Shown: positions 56,548 to 64,000 of the stretch, piece by piece
How the letters are laid out: every line of letters starts with the position of its first letter
Position numbering within the stretch: the stretch's first letter is position 1
Assembly: GCA_002869535.1 (NCBI GenBank)
Contig: PKUK01000003.1
Span: 231,347 to 295,346, forward strand
DNA length: 64,000 nucleotides
Direction of reading: 5' to 3'
Source: Arcobacter sp.
GTDB lineage: Bacteria; Campylobacterota; Campylobacteria; Campylobacterales; Arcobacteraceae
Made by a program: the position numbers and the translations under genes
The notes under the pieces: generated by a model
Told to the model about the DNA's origin: nothing
Databases searched by the model: none
The model's input: the letters and a program-made list of their open reading frames with translations, nothing else

Positions 56548-58668
56548 TTATTTAGCTTTATTTGATAATTCTTTTAGAACCTCTTCTTTAGGTCCATCAG
56601 CAATTATTTTTCCATCGTCCATAACGATTAATCTATCAACTAAAGATAAAACAGATGGTCTATGTGTAACTAAAATCAATGTTTTATCCCTAACTATATC
56701 TTTAATTCTTCTTTTAAATACCTCTTCAGTTTGACCATCCATAGAGTTTGTAGGCTCATCTAAAATCATAATATTTGGATTTGTTAAAATGGCTCGAGCT
56801 AAAGTTACACTTTGTCTTTCTCCTCCACTTAATCCTTCTCCTCGCTCACCTACAATCAAGTCATAACCACTTTCATGTTTACCTAAGAAATCATGAACAC
56901 CTGCAATTTTTGAAGCTTTTAAAACATCATCATCACTTGCATTTAACTCACCAATGGTTATGTTATCTTTTATACTTCCCATAAACAAAAATGGCTCTTG
57001 GGGAACACAGCCAATTGCTCGTCTTAAATCCACAGGGTCTATTTGTCTGATATCTGATTTATCTATAGAAATTGAACCCTTTGTTGGTTCATATAGATTC
57101 ATAATAAGTTTCCATAAGGTTGATTTTCCAGAACCTATTTTTCCTATTATTCCAACTTTTTCGCCCTTTTTAATAGTCAAATTAATATTTTTAAGTACAT
57201 CAAACTGCTGACCTTTGTATGAGAAGATAACCTCTTTAAATACAATATCTCCATCAAGATTTTTTCTACTTAAATAGCTTCTATTGTCATCTCTTTCAAC
57301 TGGCATTTTCATAATTTCATCAATATTTTCTAATGAAAGCATTGTTCTATCAAGTCTTATAATCATCCCTACAAATTGAGAAACAGGAGCAATTACTCTT
57401 CCGTTTAACATCATAGTTGCAATTATTGCTCCCATTGTCATCTCACCTATACTAGCTTGATATACACCCACTACTACTATAGCGATATTTGATAATTGTG
57501 CAATAAAGGCAGTAAAGAAAGTCACTATCTGAGATAAGAAATGTGACTTTTTACTGTGATGAGAAGTCTTTTCTACAGAGTTTGCCCAATAGGTTTTCAT
57601 TCTATTTTGTGCACGAACTGATTTTATTATTTCTAGCCCAGATACTGCTTCAGTGAGAGCTGTTTGTTTTATCTGCTCTTCTTTTGCACTTTCTTGAACG
57701 CTCTTTTTTATAGGTTTTTGCATATAGTAAGAAAAACCAAAGGCAATTATAACTGTTGCAATTGATATATATCCAACAGGGCCACCTATATAAAATATAA
57801 TAATTATAAATAAAATAACAAAAGGAAGGTCAACAATACTAGCAACCGTGGCACTTGCAAAAAACTCCCTAACACTTTCAAAAGATTGTAATCTATTTAC
57901 AAACTGCCCAGTAGAAGCGGGCTTTGAGTCAAGTCTTATATTTAACAGCTGGTCAAATATATTTGTAGACATAATTACATCTGATTTTTTACTAGCAACT
58001 TCTAAAAAGTGTGATCTCATAAGTTTTAATACAAAATCAAAAATCATCACAACTAAAATACCAATAGCCATAACCCACAGTGTTGCCATGGCATTATTAG
58101 GTAAAACCCTATCATAAACATTCATTGTAAAAAGTGGCGTTGCCATAATAAACATATTTATCAAAAGTGCTGCTACTATTACTCTTTTATAAATATGTTT
58201 ATTTAATCTCATTACACCCCAAAACCACTCTTTTGGTTTATCTATTGCAATATCTTTTTTTATTCTCGTATTAAAATTATATTCTGGTTTTACTAGCATC
58301 ATAAAGCCAGAATATAACTCATCAAGCTTTTTAATACTTATTGTTGTAACCCCATCACTAATACCTGGCATATGTACTTTTACACTATGTTTATGAAAAT
58401 CTATATCCAATAAAACACAAGCAGTATTATCTTTTAAAATCATAACAGAAGGTAGTGCCTCTTCTGAAATATCTTTTATCTCTCTTTTCAAAGTTTTTAT
58501 TTTTAAGCCAATTCTTTTTGCAGCTTCTTCAAACATCTTAGGGGACATAAAAGAGTCATATATGGCTAAACCAGAGATTAAAGACTCTTTTGTAGCTTGC
58601 CTCTCATGGTATTTTGCTAAAAACAGTAAAGACTCTAAAAATGTATCAACATTTTTATTGCTTACCAT
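56548..58668 (-). CDS. type I secretion ABC transporter with an N-terminal C39-like domain lacking the catalytic Cys (HlyB/LapB type)
   Basis: 706-aa ORF. The N-terminal ~130 aa (DTFLESLLFLAKYHERQ...) has no Cys at the peptidase nucleophile position. Six TM helices, Walker A GKIGSGKST, LSGGERQ, and Walker B MILDEPTNSMD. Confidence 0.85.
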   Translation of the reverse strand: MVSNKNVDTFLESLLFLAKYHERQATKESLISGLAIYDSFMSPKMFEEAAKRIGLKIKTLKREIKDISEEALPSVMILKDNTACVLLDIDFHKHSVKVHMPGISDGVTTISIKKLDELYSGFMMLVKPEYNFNTRIKKDIAIDKPKEWFWGVMRLNKHIYKRVIVAALLINMFIMATPLFTMNVYDRVLPNNAMATLWVMAIGILVVMIFDFVLKLMRSHFLEVASKKSDVIMSTNIFDQLLNIRLDSKPASTGQFVNRLQSFESVREFFASATVASIVDLPFVILFIIIIFYIGGPVGYISIATVIIAFGFSYYMQKPIKKSVQESAKEEQIKQTALTEAVSGLEIIKSVRAQNRMKTYWANSVEKTSHHSKKSHFLSQIVTFFTAFIAQLSNIAIVVVGVYQASIGEMTMGAIIATMMLNGRVIAPVSQFVGMIIRLDRTMLSLENIDEIMKMPVERDDNRSYLSRKNLDGDIVFKEVIFSYKGQQFDVLKNINLTIKKGEKVGIIGKIGSGKSTLWKLIMNLYEPTKGSISIDKSDIRQIDPVDLRRAIGCVPQEPFLFMGSIKDNITIGELNASDDDVLKASKIAGVHDFLGKHESGYDLIVGERGEGLSGGERQSVTLARAILTNPNIMILDEPTNSMDGQTEEVFKRRIKDIVRDKTLILVTHRPSVLSLVDRLIVMDDGKIIADGPKEEVLKELSNKAK

Positions 58669-58700
58669 ATCTTCTAATTAACTCATTAATTCATTGTTAT

Positions 58701-60788
58701 TCAATTTTTTTCTCCCCATGAAGATTTATACTTATTATATAAAAACTGGTGTCTTTCTATGTTGTCTACGTATGGATCTGTAACTTGTATTTTATCACCC
58801 AAATTACCCAATGCTTCTTCTGCTTCTCTTACACTTTTATAAAAACCATACAACACTCTTATATAATCATTTCCACCCGTTTTAAACTTATAAATAAAAG
58901 TATTATCTTTTAAATTGTATTTATCTATAAAATAATTCACATCAACTTTCCCATTTATTCCTGTAAGTGCTACTATTGAATAGGCTCGTTCATGCTCTTT
59001 AAAAAACTCTTCATTTATGTCCAATTGTTTATTATTCAATTTTTTATCCAAATTCAATTCGATACTACTCTCTTCTTGTAATATTTCAGGTTCTGCATTT
59101 ATTTTAGTATCTTCTTTTGGCGTTTCAGACTTTTGTTCTTCAATAATATTTTGTTGTAATGATTTATTTTCTTCTTCAAAAAGTAAATCTTCTATCTCTT
59201 TATCAATTTTATCATGTATTCTTTTTATTCTCTCTTCATCTTTATTAACTCTATTTTCATAATTTCTATTTTTTATTGTTTCTAAATCAATTTTTTCTAT
59301 TTTATCCGTACTATAAATATCCTCTAAAAGTGAATTAAAAATTCTATTTACTTTCTCTTTTTTACTAATCTCAGGGTCAATTTCATTATCACTTAATTGT
59401 AAGTTATCATCTCCTGATAATAAATCTTCTAACTCATTTGAAACAGTTTGTTTTATAACCTTTTTGATTCTAATATCAACCTCTATATCTCCACATACAT
59501 TGTTATCAAGAGTATAAATAGTATCACTTAATTTAGACAAATTAAATAGTAGATTGTAATAACTGCTAAAGTTTTTAAACTCTTCTGTAATCAATTCGAT
59601 TTTTTTTCTGTATAGTTCTTCTTCTTGGTTTAATACATCAATAAAACTTCGTGTACCTCCATCAAACTGTTCTTCAAATAAATTTAATATCTCTTTTAAC
59701 TTGTCAACATGGTCTTTCATTATGTCAACTCTTCTTTTTGTAGCTTGATAAGTTGTATATTCTGACTCTACTTTTTGTTTTGAATCTTTTGATACATCAT
59801 CTAAGTTTCTTTGAGACTCTTCTAAAAAAAGTCTCTCCCTTAAATATACTGATCTATCTTTCATCCCATTAAACAAGTTATAACTTAAAGTTACTCTTGC
59901 ACTATCATGGCTTTGTTTTGTATTTTCAATATCAACACCATCATCAATCTCTTTTAATAAATAGAACTTTAATGTTGGTAAAAATCTCGATCCCTCTTGT
60001 TCTAGAACTGCTTTTTGTGCTTTTATATTTTCTATTTCTTCAAGTACTTTATAATTGTTTTTTACACCAACTTCAAGAATTTTACTTAATTTTTTAGGAA
60101 TAACAGCTCGACTGATATTTGGTCTACAAGCATTAGTTGAAATCTCTTTTGGATAATATCTTTGTAGAAGAGTTTTTGTATTATCAACTTCATTTTGAAG
60201 CTCTACTAATTTTTCTTTTGCTGTTAGAATTTTATTTTCTACTAACATTCTATCAACAACATCCCCACTAACAGCTTCAGTTTGTGCTGCTATTTCAAAA
60301 TATTTATCATGTATTTCAATATTATTTTTTGTAAGTGTAATCAATTCTAAATTTTTAACATACTCAAGATAAGCTAATGTTGTCTCTAATACGACATTTT
60401 CTGTTTCTGATATATTTGATATTAGTTTTGCTTGATAGTTATGCTTAGCTTCATCTACTTGGGCACCTCTTAATCCCCCATTGTAAATTATCTGTTCTAG
60501 TTTTAATTGTTGATTTGAACCATTTACAGTCTTTTGTCTTGAAGGACCATTTAAGGGAGTTGTTATAGTCTTTTTATCTTCAATATAGGCTTCATAGCTT
60601 AAAGTTGGCATATAATCGCCATATGCCTCATCAACATAAAGTTTATTTGCTTTTGAATTACTTTCAATAGATTTGATTTTAGGATTGTTCTGTAGAGTTT
60701 CGACTACAATCCCTTTTAAGGTTTCAGAGTATGAGTATACACAAAAAAACAGTAAAAAAAGAATTATTTTAATTATTTTCATTGACAC
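58701..60788 (-). CDS. TolC-family outer membrane factor fused to an acidic/Lys-rich linker and a C-terminal SPOR-like domain
   Basis: 695-aa ORF with a signal peptide (IILFLLFFCVYSYS). About 430 aa of outer membrane efflux protein-type repeats. A low-complexity E/K/N-rich segment follows. The C-terminus YSIVALTG...DYIRVLYGFYKSVREAEEALGNL resembles SPOR (peptidoglycan-binding) domains. Confidence 0.7.
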   Translation of the reverse strand: MSMKIIKIILFLLFFCVYSYSETLKGIVVETLQNNPKIKSIESNSKANKLYVDEAYGDYMPTLSYEAYIEDKKTITTPLNGPSRQKTVNGSNQQLKLEQIIYNGGLRGAQVDEAKHNYQAKLISNISETENVVLETTLAYLEYVKNLELITLTKNNIEIHDKYFEIAAQTEAVSGDVVDRMLVENKILTAKEKLVELQNEVDNTKTLLQRYYPKEISTNACRPNISRAVIPKKLSKILEVGVKNNYKVLEEIENIKAQKAVLEQEGSRFLPTLKFYLLKEIDDGVDIENTKQSHDSARVTLSYNLFNGMKDRSVYLRERLFLEESQRNLDDVSKDSKQKVESEYTTYQATKRRVDIMKDHVDKLKEILNLFEEQFDGGTRSFIDVLNQEEELYRKKIELITEEFKNFSSYYNLLFNLSKLSDTIYTLDNNVCGDIEVDIRIKKVIKQTVSNELEDLLSGDDNLQLSDNEIDPEISKKEKVNRIFNSLLEDIYSTDKIEKIDLETIKNRNYENRVNKDEERIKRIHDKIDKEIEDLLFEEENKSLQQNIIEEQKSETPKEDTKINAEPEILQEESSIELNLDKKLNNKQLDINEEFFKEHERAYSIVALTGINGKVDVNYFIDKYNLKDNTFIYKFKTGGNDYIRVLYGFYKSVREAEEALGNLGDKIQVTDPYVDNIERHQFLYNKYKSSWGEKN

Positions 60789-60850
60789 TCTAAAGGCTTG
60801 ATTTATCCTTTATTTTATCCAAATTCTTATGAATTTATAAATAACAATCT

Positions 60851-60888
60851 AAAAAAAAACCCTAGCTTTAGTAAGCTAGGGTTTTTTT
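60851..60888 (-). terminator. rho-independent, potentially bidirectional terminator downstream of fusA
   Basis: Perfect 9-bp stem ccctagctt (60860..60868) / aagctaggg (60873..60881) with a 4-nt loop. Flanked by A9 (60851..60859) and T7 (60882..60888), so a U-run follows the hairpin on either strand. Confidence 0.8.
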
Positions 60889-60911
60889 AAGATAAGGCTA
60901 AGAAATGTATA

Positions 60912-63020
60912 TTAACCGTTTCTCTTTTTGATAATTTCATCAGAAACATTTTTAGGAACTTCTTGATATGCATCAAAAAGCATAGAGTATGTTGCTCTAC
61001 CTTGAGACATAGATCTTAAGTCTGTAGAGTATCCAAACATTTCAGATAATGGAATCATTGCAACAACAAGTTTTACACCAGCTCTATCATCCATAGATTG
61101 AACTTGTCCTCTTCTTTTGTTACAATCCCCAATAACATCTCCCATATAATCTTCAGGAGTTTCAATTTCAACTTTCATGATTGGCTCTAAGATAATAGCT
61201 TGTGCAGCTGCAGTTCTACAACCTTGTTTGAATCCCATAGAAGCAGCAAGTTTAAATGCCATCTCAGATGAATCCACATCATGGAAAGAACCATCATAAA
61301 GTGTTACTTGAATATCAACCATTGGGTAACCAGCTAGGATACCACCTTGCATAGTTTCAACACAACCTTTTTCAACAGCTGGAATATATTCTTTAGGAAC
61401 AGCTCCACCTTTAATTTCATTTTTGAATACGAAATTTTCTTCTCCACCAGCTGGAAGAGGAGTAATAGTTAAATAAACATGACCATACTGACCTTTACCA
61501 CCAGATTGTTTAGCATATTTATATTCTGATTGAACTTCGTTTTTAATAGTTTCTCTATAAGCAACTTGAGGAGCACCAACTTCAGCTTCAACTTTAAATT
61601 CTCTTTTCATTCTATCTACAAGAATTTCAAGGTGTAATTCACCCATTCCTGAAATAATAGTTTGTCCAGATTCTTCATCAGTATTTACTCTAAATGATGG
61701 ATCTTCTTCAGCAAGTTTACCTAATGCAATACCCATTTTTTCTTGGTCAGCTTTAGTTTTTGGCTCAACTGCAACAGAAATAACTGGCTCTGGGAATTCC
61801 ATTCTCTCTAAGATAACTGGATCTTTTTCAGAAGCTAATGTATCACCTGTAATTGTTGATTTAAGACCAACAACAGCACCGATTTCACCTGCATATAACT
61901 CAGAACACTCTTCTCTGTTATTTGCATGCATTTTAAGTAATCTTCCGATTCTCTCTTTTTTCATTTTTGTTGAGTTCATTACATATGTTCCAGATTCTAA
62001 AACACCTCTATAAACTCTTGCAAATGTTAACTGTCCAACAAATGGGTCAGTCATAATTTTAAATGCTAATGCTGCAACTTCACCTTCATCAGTAGAAGGA
62101 ACGATAACAGCATCACCATCTTGAGTCTCACCTCTAATGTCAGCAACTTCTGTTGGTGCTGGTAAATACATAGCAACAGCATCAAGTAAAGTTTGAACAC
62201 CTTTGTTTTTAAATGCAGTACCACAAGTCATAGGAGTAATAGTCATATTTAAACAACCAGCTTTAATACCTCTTGTGATCTCTTCTTCAGTTAACTCTTC
62301 ACCTTCAAGGTATTTTTCCATTAACTCTTCAATTTGTTCAGCAGCAGCTTCAACCATAGCTTCTCTATATTGTTCAGCTTGGTCTAATAATTCAGCAGGA
62401 ATCTCTTCTATGTGGTAATTAGAACCCATAGCAGCATCTTCATCCCAAACGATAGCTTTCATTTGTACTAAATCAATAATACCTTTGAAATCTTCTTCTG
62501 CACCTATTGGTAATTGAATAGGAATTGCATTTGATTTTAATCTTTCATTAACTTGTTTTTCAACCATAAAGAAATCAGCACCAGTTCTATCCATTTTATT
62601 AACGAATATCATTCTTGGTACTTTATATTTGTTTGCTTGTCTCCAAACAGTTTCAGATTGTGGTTGAACCCCACCAACTGAACAGAAAACTGCTACAGCA
62701 CCATCAAGAACTCTCATAGATCTCTCAACTTCAATAGTAAAGTCAACGTGACCTGGAGTGTCAATAATGTTTATTTGTAAGTCGTCATTTGTTTTTTGGT
62801 GTTTCCAGTGACAAGTTGTAGCAGCAGAAGTAATTGTAATACCTCTTTCTTGCTCTTGTTCCATCCAGTCCATTGTAGCAGCACCTTCATGTACTTCTCC
62901 AATTTTGTGTGATACACCTGTATAGAATAAAATTATTTCAGTAGTTGTAGTTTTTCCTGCATCAATATGAGCAGCAATACCAATATTTCTAACTCTGTTA
63001 AGTGGTGTTTTTCTAGCCAT
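60912..63020 (-). CDS. fusA: translation elongation factor G
   Basis: 702-aa ORF with [11 protein letters not shown] (G1), DTPGHVDF (G3) and NKMD (G4). Collinear with recalled EF-G sequences. Confidence 0.95.
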   Translation of the reverse strand: MARKTPLNRVRNIGIAAHIDAGKTTTTEIILFYTGVSHKIGEVHEGAATMDWMEQEQERGITITSAATTCHWKHQKTNDDLQINIIDTPGHVDFTIEVERSMRVLDGAVAVFCSVGGVQPQSETVWRQANKYKVPRMIFVNKMDRTGADFFMVEKQVNERLKSNAIPIQLPIGAEEDFKGIIDLVQMKAIVWDEDAAMGSNYHIEEIPAELLDQAEQYREAMVEAAAEQIEELMEKYLEGEELTEEEITRGIKAGCLNMTITPMTCGTAFKNKGVQTLLDAVAMYLPAPTEVADIRGETQDGDAVIVPSTDEGEVAALAFKIMTDPFVGQLTFARVYRGVLESGTYVMNSTKMKKERIGRLLKMHANNREECSELYAGEIGAVVGLKSTITGDTLASEKDPVILERMEFPEPVISVAVEPKTKADQEKMGIALGKLAEEDPSFRVNTDEESGQTIISGMGELHLEILVDRMKREFKVEAEVGAPQVAYRETIKNEVQSEYKYAKQSGGKGQYGHVYLTITPLPAGGEENFVFKNEIKGGAVPKEYIPAVEKGCVETMQGGILAGYPMVDIQVTLYDGSFHDVDSSEMAFKLAASMGFKQGCRTAAAQAIILEPIMKVEIETPEDYMGDVIGDCNKRRGQVQSMDDRAGVKLVVAMIPLSEMFGYSTDLRSMSQGRATYSMLFDAYQEVPKNVSDEIIKKRNG

Positions 63021-63029
63021 TTGTAATTC

Positions 63030-63509
<480 letters not shown>

Positions 63510-63513
63510 CTAC

Positions 63514-63888
63514 TTATTTCTTAGGCTTTTTAGTACCGTATTTAGATCTTGCAACAGTTCTGTTTGCAACACCAGCAGTATCTAAAGCACCTCTAACGAT
63601 GTGGTATTTAACCCCAGGTAAATCCTTAACTCTTCCCCCTCTAACTAAAACGATAGAGTGTTCTTGTAGGTTGTGACCTTCCCCACCAATATATGAAATA
63701 ACTTCAAATCCTGTAGTTAATCTAACTTTTGCAACTTTTCTTAAAGCCGAGTTAGGTTTCTTTGGAGTTGTTGTATATACTCTAGTACATACACCTCTTC
63801 TTTGTGGACACTTAGCAAGTGCTGGAGATTTAGATTTTTCAACCTGTTTCTTTCGCTCTTTTCTAATCAATTGATTAATAGTAGGCAT
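63514..63888 (-). CDS. rpsL: 30S ribosomal protein S12
   Basis: 124-aa [12 protein letters not shown]...[11 protein letters not shown]...[11 protein letters not shown]. Canonical S12 with the wild-type lysines in the streptomycin-resistance positions. Confidence 0.95.
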   Translation of the reverse strand: MPTINQLIRKERKKQVEKSKSPALAKCPQRRGVCTRVYTTTPKKPNSALRKVAKVRLTTGFEVISYIGGEGHNLQEHSIVLVRGGRVKDLPGVKYHIVRGALDTAGVANRTVARSKYGTKKPKK

Positions 63889-64000
63889 TTTTTCCCTTTA
63901 GTTTTATTATAGAGACTCTAATATTTACGTGTTGAATCATGTAGATTCTCTATTTTCTTGGTTTGAGCCTTTAAGCATGCTCATGCTTCTCGTTACATCC

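Noticed and set aside
63889-64000. Possible 3' end of an upstream gene (rpoC expected by synteny) at the right edge.
   Set aside because: Two minus-strand frames are open for only about 10-20 codons before a stop. That is too short to identify a product, so I list no feature.

Overview
Very AT-rich bacterial chromosome segment. Gene content and composition look Campylobacterota/Arcobacter-like; the taxon is my inference and cannot be verified here.

(1) Positions 1-43537 form one uninterrupted, co-directional (minus strand) surface-glycan biosynthesis locus of about 46 genes. Many start/stop overlaps (ATGA, 8-nt, 11-nt) suggest translational coupling. Sub-modules I can support:
- precursor genes galE, ugd, a UDP-GlcA 4-epimerase-like gene and a TviB/WbpO-like UDP-HexNAc dehydrogenase
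- an MsbA/PglK-type ABC exporter
- an ulosonic-acid-like block: SAF-less NeuB-family synthase, CTP_transf_3 cytidylyltransferase, class-III and WecE-like aminotransferases, SDR and LbH acetyltransferase
- next to that block: radical SAM, CBS-methyltransferase, HisC-like aminotransferase, PhyH dioxygenase and a DUF692-like TIM barrel
- a decoration block: acyltransferase-3, two large orphan proteins, a sulfotransferase-fold protein, two methyltransferases, an LbH acetyltransferase and a GT4
- a CDP-6-deoxyhexose branch (rfbF, rfbG, cupin, reductase)
- a FemAB-like/deacetylase/methyltransferase branch
- WbpB/E/D-type 2,3-diacetamido-uronic acid genes
- an ArnC/GtrB-type polyprenyl-phosphate module with a GT-C-like membrane protein

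(2) Three minus-strand tRNAs (Leu-UAA, Ser-UGA, Cys-GCA) bound the locus.

(3) The right 20 kb is mostly housekeeping: ilvD, htrA, an OmpR-type regulator plus histidine kinase, a U32 Fe-S protein, a 650-aa ankyrin-repeat protein, recN, nadK, an orphan type I secretion system, and fusA-rpsG-rpsL. The secretion system's TolC-like component carries a C-terminal SPOR-like domain.

Most notable direct observations: four otherwise intact genes are each split by a single in-frame TAA. Three of them are PLP aminotransferases of the glycan locus and the fourth is the U32 gene. Two further genes have conserved N-termini that lack any ATG/GTG/TTG start.

I saw no CRISPR array, IS/transposase, integrase, prophage, restriction-modification or recognisable defence genes. 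All family assignments rest on motifs read by eye and recalled homologues; no searches were run.
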